Source of the DNA: an uncultured Clostridia bacterium
Lineage (GTDB): Bacteria > Bacillota > Clostridia > Christensenellales > CAG-314
Direction of reading: 5' to 3'
NCBI GenBank assembly: GCA_947586855.1
Contig: CANPXV010000002.1
Coordinates: 57,353 to 121,352, forward strand
Length of the DNA stretch: 64,000 nt
In this document: positions 9,815-19,275 of the stretch, in pieces
How the letters are laid out: the number at the start of each line of letters is the position of its first letter
How positions within the stretch are numbered: position 1 is the first letter of the stretch
The notes under the pieces: generated by a model
What the model was told of the DNA's origin: nothing
Database searches by the model: none
Seen by the model: only the letters and a program-made list of their open reading frames with translations
Position numbers and translations under genes: made by a program

Positions 9815-10453
9815 ATGAACATCAACTACGACAAACAACTTGAACAGATCCGATCCCGTATCGGCACAGAGCGGCCGCAACTGCTGCTGCACGTTTGCTG
9901 CGCACCCTGCGCCACTGCCTGTCTGCTGCGGCTGATAGACCTGTTTGACGTGACGCTGTACTACGCCAACGACAACATCACCTCTCCCGACGAGTGGACA
10001 AAACGTCTGGGCGAGGTGCAGAAACTTGTGCGCATAGTAAACGACGGCCTGTTCGAGATGAAACCCGCCGTGCCCGTCAAGCTGCAGACGGCCGAGCTGC
10101 GCCCGCAACGCTTTTTTGAGGCGGCCAACGGGCTGGAAGAGGAAAAGGAAGGGGGCGCCCGCTGCGCAAAATGCTTTGAACTGCGCCTTGCCGACGCTCG
10201 GGACGCCGCTTTGGCACAAGGGTTTGACTACTTTTGCACCACGCTGACCGTGTCTCCCTACAAAAACAGCCAATTGCTGAACGAGATTGGACTATCGCTG
10301 CAAACGGACGCAATCAGGTGGCTGCCCGCCGACTTCAAAAAGCAAAACGGCTACAACGAAAGCGTGCGGCTGAGCAACAAATACGGATTGTATCGCCAGC
10401 ACTACTGCGGCTGCCCGTTCAGCATACCATGCGACAAAAACTCCACAAAATAA
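9815..10453 (+). CDS. queH: epoxyqueuosine reductase QueH (DUF208)
   Basis: LLHVCCAPC, EGGARC..CF..RL, TTLTVSPYK, YRQHYCGC motifs. Confidence 0.9.
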   Translation: MNINYDKQLEQIRSRIGTERPQLLLHVCCAPCATACLLRLIDLFDVTLYYANDNITSPDEWTKRLGEVQKLVRIVNDGLFEMKPAVPVKLQTAELRPQRFFEAANGLEEEKEGGARCAKCFELRLADARDAALAQGFDYFCTTLTVSPYKNSQLLNEIGLSLQTDAIRWLPADFKKQNGYNESVRLSNKYGLYRQHYCGCPFSIPCDKNSTK

Positions 10454-10454
10454 C

Positions 10455-10490
10455 AAAAAAGAAAGCGGACAGTTGCCGCTTTCTTTTTTT
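10455..10490. terminator. bidirectional intrinsic terminator
   Basis: GAAAGCGG/CCGCTTTC stem flanked by A6 and T7. Confidence 0.85.
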
Positions 10491-10566
10491 GAAGGAGGGT
10501 TCGGTCAGAACAAATGTTTATGGAGGAGATATTCTATTTCGCAGAATATCTGCAATATTCTTAACC
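10455..10566 (-). ncRNA. candidate ~110-nt small RNA
   Basis: own near-consensus promoter (10573-10601), own terminator, no plausible ORF, two anti-SD motifs. Confidence 0.45.
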
Positions 10567-10572
10567 TCAATC

Positions 10573-10601
10573 AGTATATCATTGCACGGGCACAATGTCA
10601 A
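10573..10601 (-). promoter_or_regulatory. strong sigmaA promoter pointing into the intergenic region
   Basis: TTGACA-17 nt-TATACT with TG extension on the - strand. Confidence 0.7.
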
Positions 10602-10634
10602 TACCCATTTGAGCGAACAACCGAGACGATTTTT

Positions 10635-10820
10635 TCACTGCTCTATTTCTATTGCGTTGACAGGGCAAATTTCCGCCGCCTCGTAGGTTTTGTCGGCGTG
10701 CTTGGAGGGGTCGCCCACGGCCTGCGAATAGCCGTCGGCGCCGATTTCGAACACCTCCGGGCAGACATCCACGCACATACCGCAACCGATACAATCCTGC
10801 TGTTTGACAAATGCTTTCAT
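10635..10820 (-). CDS. ferredoxin (single 4Fe-4S/3Fe-4S cluster type)
   Basis: CIGCGMC..CP and distal CP motif; 61 aa. Confidence 0.9.
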   Translation of the reverse strand: MKAFVKQQDCIGCGMCVDVCPEVFEIGADGYSQAVGDPSKHADKTYEAAEICPVNAIEIEQ

Positions 10821-11059
10821 CGCAAATACCTCACTGTTTTTTATAAATTGTAACCCCATATGGGCAAAAACAAACGCCGATTTTGCACAATCGGCGCTTT
10901 ATTTGACGAAGTAAGAGCTGTTCTGTGGGCAGTGTTTGGGTGAGAGGCAATAAAAATCAAAAAAAATTTGACGCTGCAAATCACCCTGAAATTACAGACC
11001 CGCTCCAAATGAGTAGGAAATCTTATCCAACTTGCCCCACCGGCGAGGTGGGCGAGGTG

Positions 11060-12544
11060 CTAATTGGAGTACTTGGAGATCAGATAGTCCACATAGTAGT
11101 TGGGGTCGAAGTCCTCGCCCGTGGCCAAACGCAAAATCTCGTCGGGATACTTGGCGGAGCCGTACTTGTGCACGTGCTCGCCCAGCCAACGGTTGATTTG
11201 CTGTGTGCTGCCCGAAAGCAGCGAGGCCTCCACGTCAAAATCCTTGTTCATGGCGTGATACAGCTGCGAGGCAATGGCGCTGCCCAGCGCATAGGTGGGA
11301 AAATACCCCATCTCGCCGTACGCCCAATGGACGTCCTGCAACACGCCGAGGGTGTCGGTGGGCGGAGTTATGCCGAAATATTGGGTGAAGCGCTCATTCC
11401 AATAGGCGGGCAAGTCCTTTACTTGCAATTTGCCGCCGATAAGCGCCTGCTCCACCTCGTAGCGCAGCATGATGTGCAGCGGATAGGTGAGTTCGTCCGC
11501 CTCGGTGCGCACAAAACTTGCCTGCGCCCTGTTGATATACGCCACAAATTGCTGCACGGTGACGCCGTCGAGCTGCGGCGCAAATATCTGCTGCAACTTG
11601 GCAAAGTGCGCCTGCCAAAAGGCAAGGCTGCGGCCCACGATGTTCTCGTAGAAGCGAGATTGACTTTCGTGCAGGCCAAGGCTGGCTCCGCCGCCGCAAA
11701 GGGTGTCGTTGAGGCGAGGGTCCACCTGCCGCTCGTAGGTGGCGTGGCCCGTCTCGTGAATGACGGAAAATATCGAAGAAACAAGGTCGTTTTCGTAGTA
11801 GTGGGTGGTGATACGCACGTCGTCGGTACCCATGCCGCTGGTAAAGGGGTGTTCGCTCTCCTTCATCACGCCGAAATTGTCGTCAAAGCACATTGCCTTG
11901 CGGATATACTTGCAAAATTGCCTTTGCTTGTCCACATCGAAGCGCTGCTGCGCCCAAGCGGGCACGGGCGGCACATTGGCCGTTTTTTGGCGCACAAAGG
12001 GCACCAGACGTTGGCGCAAAACGTCAAAAAAGACGTCGTACTTGACCTGCGTGTAGTGCGGCTCGTACATATCCAACAGCACGTCGTAGCCCTTGACGGT
12101 ATCGGTGCCCAGCCACACGGTAAGATTGCGGCAGTAGTCCACAATTTTTTCCAGATAGGGGCAAAACAGCGCAAAATCGTTGGTTTGCTTGGCCTGCACG
12201 TACACGGGATAGGCCTTGGCGGTAAGCTCGTTGAAAGCAACATACTGCTCGGCGGGGATCTTTTTGGTGTCGGCGATCTCCTTGTGCATCACCTCTATCT
12301 CGTGGCGGAGCGTCTCGTCCAGATTGTTGCGCTGCTCGTACAGCACGTCCACGCACTGTTCCAGCTGCGGGTCGGTGGACAGCTCGTACTCCATCTGAGA
12401 TATGGTGGCAAGATAGGCACTGTCTGCGGCAATGCTGCCTGCGGCCGCCTCGGTCTGTGCGTCCCAGCCCGTCAAAAAGCCGATATAGCGGAAGGCCAAC
12501 AGCTTTTTGCGGTGTTGTAAATAAAATTCCAATTCCTTTTGCAT
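11060..12544 (-). CDS. carboxypeptidase M32 (Taq-like)
   Basis: HPF, HETGH (HExxH), HESQSR, QDVHW, YFPTYALG motifs. Confidence 0.93.
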   Translation of the reverse strand: MQKELEFYLQHRKKLLAFRYIGFLTGWDAQTEAAAGSIAADSAYLATISQMEYELSTDPQLEQCVDVLYEQRNNLDETLRHEIEVMHKEIADTKKIPAEQYVAFNELTAKAYPVYVQAKQTNDFALFCPYLEKIVDYCRNLTVWLGTDTVKGYDVLLDMYEPHYTQVKYDVFFDVLRQRLVPFVRQKTANVPPVPAWAQQRFDVDKQRQFCKYIRKAMCFDDNFGVMKESEHPFTSGMGTDDVRITTHYYENDLVSSIFSVIHETGHATYERQVDPRLNDTLCGGGASLGLHESQSRFYENIVGRSLAFWQAHFAKLQQIFAPQLDGVTVQQFVAYINRAQASFVRTEADELTYPLHIMLRYEVEQALIGGKLQVKDLPAYWNERFTQYFGITPPTDTLGVLQDVHWAYGEMGYFPTYALGSAIASQLYHAMNKDFDVEASLLSGSTQQINRWLGEHVHKYGSAKYPDEILRLATGEDFDPNYYVDYLISKYSN

Positions 12545-12545
12545 A

Positions 12546-15053
12546 TCATTTCTCCTGCGGGGCGTCACTGTCCGAAGCGGAGGCTTTGGCGGTCTTGCGA
12601 CGGAGAATAGCCCTTTCCACTGCGGGCAGGGCAAACTTCAAACCGATGATTATGCCGCCCATCACCAACGCATTGATTGCGATAAACAATATTGCATAGC
12701 CGTCTATGCCGACATACATGGGCTTGGGGTCGCCCTGACCGAAAATGTTGCTGATAAGTTTGAGCGCCCACGGAAACATCACATAGCACAGCACCGTGCC
12801 CACAGTGCCCACGGCGCCCACGCCCAGATTGTACCAACCGTAGGGATAGAGCAAAATCCACAGCGCCACCACGCCCGTCGCCGTCATGGAGAACATTGCA
12901 ACCGTGCTTACCTGATCCGAATCCAGCCCAAGCACTCCCCTGAACGCATACGTCATTGCCACCGCCAAAAACATTGCTATGCCGCTGGGCAAGGTGCGCC
13001 TTAGCGTGTTGGGGATAAATTTGCCCGTGATGAGCGCATGGTTGGGTTTTAGCGCCAGCAGGAAGGAGCAAATGCCTATCACAAAAAACTCCATTGCGTA
13101 CAGGTGCTGCGGCTCGAAGGGATAGGTGGTGAGCAGGCACAGGCACAATATGGTGGACAGCACCGTCATGGACGTTTTCATCAAAAACAGCGACGAACTG
13201 TTCTGAATGTTGTTGACCACCTGACGCCCCTCGGCCACCACTTTGGGCATAGAGCTGAATTTGTTGTCCATCAGCACCAGATTGGCCACCGTTTTGGCGG
13301 CGTCGGTGCCGCACCCGACGGAAATGGCACAGTCGCTTTCTCTCATGGCCAGTATGTCGTTGACGCCGTCGCCTGTCATGGCCACGGTGTGCCCCGCACT
13401 CTTCATGGAGCGCACCAGTATTGCCTTTTGCTCGGGAGTGACCCTGCCGAACACGGTGTATTTGTTGGCGGCGTCGGCCACCTGTTCATCGGTGAGGCCT
13501 TCCAAAGAGATGTATTTTTCCGCATCGGCCACGCCCACCTTGGCGGCTATCACGGATACCGACAGCGGATTGTCGCCGGAAATGACCTTAACGGCCACGT
13601 CGTTATCTCGGAACCAGCCGATGATCTCGGGTGCGTCCGGGCGAATGGTATCCTGCAACACGATGAGCGCAACAGGTTCCAATCCGTCGGCCTCGTCCTC
13701 CTTGATGGCCTTGCCCGACTTGCCCACGGCAAGCACCCTCAGCCCCTGCGAAAGCAACTCGTTGCATTGACGGGTAAGCTCCTTAGAGGGCTTTTTGAAC
13801 ATAAACTCCGCAGCGCCAAACGCCACCGTGCCCTTGCCTGCAATCGTGGCCGCACTGTACTTGCGCACGGAAGAAAAGGGCACAAACGCCTTGCACTCCA
13901 ACGCCTCGACGTCCTGCAAATAGGCGTTGAGGGCCTGCGCAGTCATGTTGTCGTCGCCCGTGGCGGCAAGCACGCTCTTGATCCATTGGCAGATTTCCTG
14001 CTCGCTAGTGTTGGACAGCGGCACAATGCGCTCCACCGTCATGCTGCCGTCGGTGATGGTGCCTGTCTTGTCCAGACAAAGCGTATCCACTCGGGCAAGC
14101 ATCTCGATACAGGGCAGCTCCCTCACAAGCACCTTTTTGCGGGCAAGTTTGAGGGCGGCAACGGCCAACGCCACGCTGGTAAGCAACACCATGCCGCTGG
14201 GCACCATGCCTATCATGCTGCCGCTCATAGCCTTGATGGCGTCGTTTACCTCGCTGACGACATCGGGCACCCTGTCGAAGTAGGCCGTCCAGAAGTTGGT
14301 GCCGCCCGCAATCAGCCCGCGGATCTGGTCGCTGCAAAAGAATGTGGCAATACCCAACGGAAAGATGATTATCGAAATAAACTTGATGATGTTGCGGATA
14401 CCCTTCATCAGCTCGCTATCGGGCGTTTTGGCCTTTTTGACCCGTGCAGACAGCTGCTCGACGTAGTTGTCCCGCCCGACCTTGTCGCAACGGGCGGTGC
14501 AATTGCCCGCAACGATGTAGCTTCCGCTAAAAAGCATATCCCCTTTGCGCTTTTTGACAGGTTCGCTTTCGCCCGTGAGCATGGATTCGTTGACCTCTAC
14601 CTCGCCCACAAGCAGTTGGCTGTCGCAGCAAATTTGCTTGCCCGCCGAAAACAGCAAAATGTCGTCCACCACTATATCCTGCGTGGCGATCGTCTGCTGT
14701 TTGCCGCTGCGTATCACCTCGGCGGTGGGTTCGGACACGATCGACAGCTTTTCCACGGCCAGCTTGCTGCGTATCTCCTGAAAAATGCCTATCGCCGTGT
14801 TGGCCACGATGATAACCACAAACATCATGTTAGTGACGCTGCCGCACAGCAACATCAGCAAAAAGATGATAAATCCCAACAGGTTGAAAAAGGTGAATAT
14901 GTTGGAGATAAAAATCTGCAAATAACTTTTGCCTACCACCTTTTTGGTGCGGTTGGTCAGCTTGGCCTGCTTGCGCAGCTGTACGTCCTGCTCCGAAAGG
15001 CCTTCGTTGATATCCGGCGTGTAGCGAACGAGATTTCCTTGTGACTTTTTCAT
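12546..15053 (-). CDS. P-type cation-transporting ATPase (CtpE-like)
   Basis: LTGES, DKTGT, GDN, MTGDGVND motifs. Confidence 0.92.
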   Translation of the reverse strand: MKKSQGNLVRYTPDINEGLSEQDVQLRKQAKLTNRTKKVVGKSYLQIFISNIFTFFNLLGFIIFLLMLLCGSVTNMMFVVIIVANTAIGIFQEIRSKLAVEKLSIVSEPTAEVIRSGKQQTIATQDIVVDDILLFSAGKQICCDSQLLVGEVEVNESMLTGESEPVKKRKGDMLFSGSYIVAGNCTARCDKVGRDNYVEQLSARVKKAKTPDSELMKGIRNIIKFISIIIFPLGIATFFCSDQIRGLIAGGTNFWTAYFDRVPDVVSEVNDAIKAMSGSMIGMVPSGMVLLTSVALAVAALKLARKKVLVRELPCIEMLARVDTLCLDKTGTITDGSMTVERIVPLSNTSEQEICQWIKSVLAATGDDNMTAQALNAYLQDVEALECKAFVPFSSVRKYSAATIAGKGTVAFGAAEFMFKKPSKELTRQCNELLSQGLRVLAVGKSGKAIKEDEADGLEPVALIVLQDTIRPDAPEIIGWFRDNDVAVKVISGDNPLSVSVIAAKVGVADAEKYISLEGLTDEQVADAANKYTVFGRVTPEQKAILVRSMKSAGHTVAMTGDGVNDILAMRESDCAISVGCGTDAAKTVANLVLMDNKFSSMPKVVAEGRQVVNNIQNSSSLFLMKTSMTVLSTILCLCLLTTYPFEPQHLYAMEFFVIGICSFLLALKPNHALITGKFIPNTLRRTLPSGIAMFLAVAMTYAFRGVLGLDSDQVSTVAMFSMTATGVVALWILLYPYGWYNLGVGAVGTVGTVLCYVMFPWALKLISNIFGQGDPKPMYVGIDGYAILFIAINALVMGGIIIGLKFALPAVERAILRRKTAKASASDSDAPQEK

Positions 15054-15062
15054 AACACTTCC

Positions 15063-16091
15063 TTAGCGGTGAGGCTTTTCTCCCCGCAATTTGAGAGTCG
15101 GGCATGCGTTCAGCGACAGATCGGCAAATTGATTGTCGCAATACATGTAGTAGGCACGGGATGCGATCATGGCGGCATTGTCGCCGCAAAGGGACAGCTT
15201 GGGCAGGCAAACACGCAAGCCCTTGCCCTCCAACCGTTGCAGACGCCCCCGCAAATAGCTGTTGGCGCCCACTCCGCCCGCAACGGCGACGGTTTTGGCA
15301 CCGCTTTGCTCCACCTCGGCAACGAGGCGATCCAACAGGCCGTCTATCGCTGCGCAAGTAAAGGAGGCCGCCACGTCGGCGCGGGACAGCTGCTCTCCCT
15401 TTTGTTGGGCGTTGTGCAGCAGGTTTATCACGGCGGTTTTGAGCCCGCTGTAACTGAAATTGCCGTTGGACGTGACCACCGAATGAAATTTGTAGACGGG
15501 CTTGCCCTGCTGCGCCAGCTTGTCTATCTGCGGGCCGCCGGGATAGGGCAATCCCAACACACGGGCCACCTTGTCGAAGGCCTCGCCCACGGCGTCATCC
15601 ACGGTGGAGCACACAACGTCGTACTCATCGTAGTTGCGCACGTTGACAATGGCCGTGTGTCCGCCGCTGGTAAGCAGGCAAACGTAGGGCGGGGTCAGGT
15701 CGGGATAGGTGAGGTAGTTGGCGCAAATGTGCCCCTCGATGTGGTTGACCGCCACAAGCGGCTTGCCGAGAGCCTGCGCCAGCCCCTTGGCATAGGATAC
15801 CCCCACCAGCAGCGCACCCACCAGCCCTGCGCCGTAGGTGACGGCCACTGCGTCGATATCGGCAGGGGTCAAACTCGCCTCCGACAGTGCCTGCGCCACC
15901 ACCTTGTCGATGGCCTGCACATGGTTGCGAGAGGCAATTTCCGGCACGACGCCGCCATACAAGCGGTGGATATCTATCTGCGACAACACCACGTTGGATA
16001 TTATCCGACGGCCGTCTGCCACAACCGCAGCGGCTGTTTCGTCGCAGGAGCTTTCGATGCCCAATATAACGATTTGCTTTTGTTGATCCAT
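15063..16091 (-). CDS. tsaD: tRNA N6-threonylcarbamoyladenosine transferase
   Basis: GIESSCDETA, GGVVPEIASR, NHIEGH, SGGHT, DDAVGEAFDK, DNAAMI motifs. Confidence 0.95.
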   Translation of the reverse strand: MDQQKQIVILGIESSCDETAAAVVADGRRIISNVVLSQIDIHRLYGGVVPEIASRNHVQAIDKVVAQALSEASLTPADIDAVAVTYGAGLVGALLVGVSYAKGLAQALGKPLVAVNHIEGHICANYLTYPDLTPPYVCLLTSGGHTAIVNVRNYDEYDVVCSTVDDAVGEAFDKVARVLGLPYPGGPQIDKLAQQGKPVYKFHSVVTSNGNFSYSGLKTAVINLLHNAQQKGEQLSRADVAASFTCAAIDGLLDRLVAEVEQSGAKTVAVAGGVGANSYLRGRLQRLEGKGLRVCLPKLSLCGDNAAMIASRAYYMYCDNQFADLSLNACPTLKLRGEKPHR

Positions 16092-16098
16092 CACTAAA

Positions 16099-16127
16099 AT
16101 AATACGACAATCAAACGCTTTTGTCAA
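16099..16127 (-). promoter_or_regulatory. sigmaA promoter of tsaD (probably leaderless mRNA)
   Basis: TTGACA-17 nt-TATTAT; ATG begins 7 nt after the -10 box; no SD. Confidence 0.6.
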
Positions 16128-16320
16128 TTTTTTATCCCGCTCGGCGCCAAATTTGTGCCGCCTCGCCGGCGTGGCGAGCAAGGGGGTATATGGCACTCGT
16201 CTGACAAACGAGTGCAGAATCTTATAAATGAAAATGTCGGTTCTTTGATAGATGTTGATGTTGGGAATAATTCCAACCACACAATTCGTCATTCAATCGA
16301 ACCGCTTTTTTGGAGCCGGA

Positions 16321-16357
16321 AAACAAATAAAAAGTCAACCTCAAGCGAGGTTGACTT
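16321..16357 (-). terminator. asnS terminator
   Basis: 11-bp perfect stem AAGTCAACCTC/GAGGTTGACTT followed by a U-rich run on the - strand. Confidence 0.8.
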
Positions 16358-16400
16358 ACGTTTTTTTAGAGGGCATATCCCCAAAATGCCTCCGAAACGG

Positions 16401-17777
16401 CTATTTCAGCTCCTTGGGGGCGCGGGGGTACAGCAGCACGTCTCTGATGTTGGACATGCCCGTCAGGTACATCACCATGCGGTCCAGCCCCATGCCGAAA
16501 CCACTGTGCGGCACCGAACCATAGCGGCGCAGGTCCAGATACTGCTTGTAGCTTTCCACCGTCATGCCCTTGCTGCGCATTGCGGCAAGCAGCTTGTCGA
16601 TATCCGTCTCGCGCTCGCTGCAACCCACGATCTCGCCAATGCCAGGCACCAGCAGGTCGGTGGCGGCAACCGTTTTGCCGTCGGGATTTTGCTTCATGTA
16701 GAAGGCCTTGACGTCCTTGGGATAATTGGTGACGAACACGGGCTTGTTGTACACCTGCTCGGTGAGGTAGCGCTCGTGCTCGCTTTGCAGCTCTGCACCC
16801 CAGACGGGTTTGTACACAAAGTTGACGTCGGCGCTTTGCAGCTTGGCAATGGCGTCGGTGTAGTCCAGCACCACGAAATCGGAGTGCACCACGTTGTTTA
16901 GCTTGTCGATGAGGCCCCTTTCGTAGAAGCGCTCAAAAAACTCCAACTCCTCTCGGCAGTGGTCCATAACGTAGCCCACGATAAACTTGACGTAGCCCTC
17001 CACTATCTCGATGATGTCGGGCAGCTCGGCAAAGGCCACTTCCGGCTCTACCTGCCAAAACTCCGCAACGTGGCGGGACGTGTTGGAGTTTTCCGCACGG
17101 AACGTGGGGCCGAATGTGTAGATCTTGCCCAGCGCCATGGCGGCAACCTCGCCCTCCAACTGTCCCGAAACCGTGAGGTAAGCCTTTTTGCCGAAGAAAT
17201 CGTCGGCGTAGTAGTCCTGCTCGGTGGGGGCGGTGTCGTCCCAGGCCTTGGTGGTGACATTGAACACCTCGCCTGCGCCCTCGCAATCGCTGCCGGTGAT
17301 TATCGGCGTGTGCACGTAGGTGAAGCCGTTGTTTTGAAAATAGATGTGCGTGGCGTAGCTTAGCATGCTGCGCACCCGTTGCACGTTGAGCATCGTGTTG
17401 GTGCGCACTCTGAGGTGAGGCATCGTGCGCAAAAACTCTAATGTGTGACGCTTTTTTTGCAGGGGATAATCGGCAGGACAGCCACCCAGCACCGTGTAGC
17501 TTTGCAGGTGCAGCTCGCATCCGTTTTGCGGCGAGCTTTGCAGCGTCCCCTCAAATTTGACGCCGCACCCCACGGGGAACTCGGCGGCGATTTTGTCTCC
17601 GAAAACACTTTTGTCGATGACCGCTTGCAAATTTTTGGCGCAAGTGCCGTCGTTAAGCTCCACAAAGGCGACGTTTTTGGAGTCTCTTGCGGTGCGCACC
17701 CAGCCGCATACCACAAGCCGTCGGCCAATCATGCCGCTGCAATCGGCAAAAATTTGTTTGATATCGGTGTGTTTCAT
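16401..17777 (-). CDS. asnS: asparaginyl-tRNA synthetase
   Basis: V.GWVRT, LTVSGQL, FGPTFRAENSNTSRH, GFGMGLDR motifs. Confidence 0.95.
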   Translation of the reverse strand: MKHTDIKQIFADCSGMIGRRLVVCGWVRTARDSKNVAFVELNDGTCAKNLQAVIDKSVFGDKIAAEFPVGCGVKFEGTLQSSPQNGCELHLQSYTVLGGCPADYPLQKKRHTLEFLRTMPHLRVRTNTMLNVQRVRSMLSYATHIYFQNNGFTYVHTPIITGSDCEGAGEVFNVTTKAWDDTAPTEQDYYADDFFGKKAYLTVSGQLEGEVAAMALGKIYTFGPTFRAENSNTSRHVAEFWQVEPEVAFAELPDIIEIVEGYVKFIVGYVMDHCREELEFFERFYERGLIDKLNNVVHSDFVVLDYTDAIAKLQSADVNFVYKPVWGAELQSEHERYLTEQVYNKPVFVTNYPKDVKAFYMKQNPDGKTVAATDLLVPGIGEIVGCSERETDIDKLLAAMRSKGMTVESYKQYLDLRRYGSVPHSGFGMGLDRMVMYLTGMSNIRDVLLYPRAPKELK

Positions 17778-17830
17778 TTTGTGCTCCTGTTGGGCGCAAA
17801 AAGCCTGCGCCCCGTGATTTAGACACATCA

Positions 17831-17859
17831 ATTATAGCAATGTTGCGCAAAAATTGCAA
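17831..17859 (-). promoter_or_regulatory. sigmaA promoter of asnS
   Basis: TTGCAA-17 nt-TATAAT with TG extension. Confidence 0.65.
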
Positions 17860-17897
17860 CGCTTACAAACTATTTTTGCCAAGTTGCTCAATAATAA

Positions 17898-17926
17898 TTG
17901 ACTAAATTGCTTTTTTTTGCTATCCT
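17898..17926 (+). promoter_or_regulatory. promoter of tRNA-Ser
   Basis: TTGACT-17 nt-TATCCT with TG extension. Confidence 0.55.
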
Positions 17927-17955
17927 TATGAGGCGATAAAAATTGCAATCGCTTT

Positions 17956-18044
17956 GGAGAGATGGTCGAGCGGTTTAAGGCACACGCTTGGAAAGCGTGC
18001 GAGGTTAACAGCCTCCGCAGGTTCAAATCCTGTTCTCTCCGCCA
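17956..18044 (+). tRNA. tRNA-Ser(GGA)
   Basis: cloverleaf with anticodon arm CACGC-TTGGAAA-GCGTG, long variable arm, GTTCAAATC T-loop, encoded CCA. Confidence 0.95.
17987..18044 (+). repeat. left att copy (58-bp direct repeat, inside tRNA-Ser)
   Basis: identical to 26621-26678. Confidence 0.95.
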
Positions 18045-18133
18045 CAAAATGGGCAAAAATTGGCTAAAAATGAGCAAAAATAGCCCAAAAACAAGGGAAA
18101 CACGCAAAACGTGTCTCCCTTTATTTTTGCCTC

Positions 18134-18155
18134 TGACACTAAATTTGACACTAAA
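18134..18155 (+). repeat. integrase arm-type sites (TGACACTAAA x2)
   Basis: 12-bp-spaced direct repeats; same motif occurs three times at 26510-26543. Confidence 0.65.
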
Positions 18156-19182
18156 TTTTTTTGTGGAATACCTCGGGATAATGATCCAGATAGCCGGACA
18201 TGTCCACCTTGGAACGATACACCGTCATCGTATCCGAATGTTTGACCTGCTCCAAATCGAACGCCTCGACAATCTCGTCCATTATATCCCGAAAGCTGCC
18301 GTCGGACAACTCGCCCTTGACGTTCTGTAAGAAACGAACAACAGGCTCATTTACATTTTGCGTATTGAAAAGATAGCAATCTCTACAATCCAGATTGAGA
18401 GTGTGAAAAAACCGTTTGCAGCGATACGGTGCCGGGCACTGCTTAGTGAGATACTTGCCCAAATAATTCACCACCTGCTGCTTAGAAGAGCCGGGAACTA
18501 TGCAGCATACAGTACTAAACCCGGCTTTCCAATCAATACAGTTGAATATCTGATTGCCGAACTCAGAATAAACAAACTCACCGGTGTGTGGGTTGATTGC
18601 CGGCGTCAAACGCAGCAAACAATTGCCAAGAAGAGCGTGCATGTGGTAACCGCCCTTTTCAAACTCCTCGTATGTAGCAATAGCCTTTACATCGGGGTTA
18701 GACTTACGCAGCATAACCATAAACTCCTTGTATGTGGCATAAAGCAAATCCTTGTCCGAGCGACAACGTGGGTCGGAAAAAGTCCATGTACAAAAGTACT
18801 GCCAATTATTCTCGCCCAAAGCATAGTTGTAAAAACGACTTTTGCTCTCCCTTGCTGCACGCTTGCGTGACGCAATCAAATCTGCAATCTTGACCGAGGG
18901 GTCGGCCGGGATAAGTGTGCCGCCCACCGACTTCCATCGCTGAGCGCTTATTGCTTCGGCGAATTCAAAATTTGTGACATAGTCCGAAACCATATCCGCA
19001 TCAAGCGCTACATGCTTGGGAACCCGGAAGGGCTTGGCAAACTTCAAAACTTCCACACCACTTGTTTCTGTTGTGGATATGACGCTGTCAAAATACTCGT
19101 AATCGATACGAACAATCTGTCCGTCCTTTTCGTAAACATTAGATACTTTTTCTCCCGTGTCCTTGTCAAAAAGATAGTTCAT
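18151..19182 (-). CDS. HUH rolling-circle replication initiator
   Basis: motif 1 YFCTWTF, motif 2 GYHMHALL, motif 3 YLGKY. Confidence 0.85.
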   Translation of the reverse strand: MNYLFDKDTGEKVSNVYEKDGQIVRIDYEYFDSVISTTETSGVEVLKFAKPFRVPKHVALDADMVSDYVTNFEFAEAISAQRWKSVGGTLIPADPSVKIADLIASRKRAARESKSRFYNYALGENNWQYFCTWTFSDPRCRSDKDLLYATYKEFMVMLRKSNPDVKAIATYEEFEKGGYHMHALLGNCLLRLTPAINPHTGEFVYSEFGNQIFNCIDWKAGFSTVCCIVPGSSKQQVVNYLGKYLTKQCPAPYRCKRFFHTLNLDCRDCYLFNTQNVNEPVVRFLQNVKGELSDGSFRDIMDEIVEAFDLEQVKHSDTMTVYRSKVDMSGYLDHYPEVFHKKI

Positions 19183-19248
19183 TGTCACCTCGAAATTTTA
19201 TAAAAAACGCCATGGGCAATGAAAAAATTGCCCTTTTTGTCTACTGTT

Positions 19249-19275
19249 GTGCCACCAGTATCAAGTAGGTGGCAC
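19249..19275 (-). promoter_or_regulatory. double-strand origin hairpin (nick site)
   Basis: GTGCCACC-TACTTGATACT-GGTGGCAC on the - strand; the loop contains CTTG|ATA of the phiX174/pC194 type; lies just upstream of rep. Confidence 0.75.

Noticed and set aside
10508-10519. LexA (Cheo) box-like GAAC-AAAT-GTTT
   Set aside because: Single imperfect match, not overlapping a promoter of a plausible SOS gene
16185-16312. 6S RNA next to an aminoacyl-tRNA synthetase gene
   Set aside because: Too short and lacks the closing stem with central bubble; kept only as an unassigned structure
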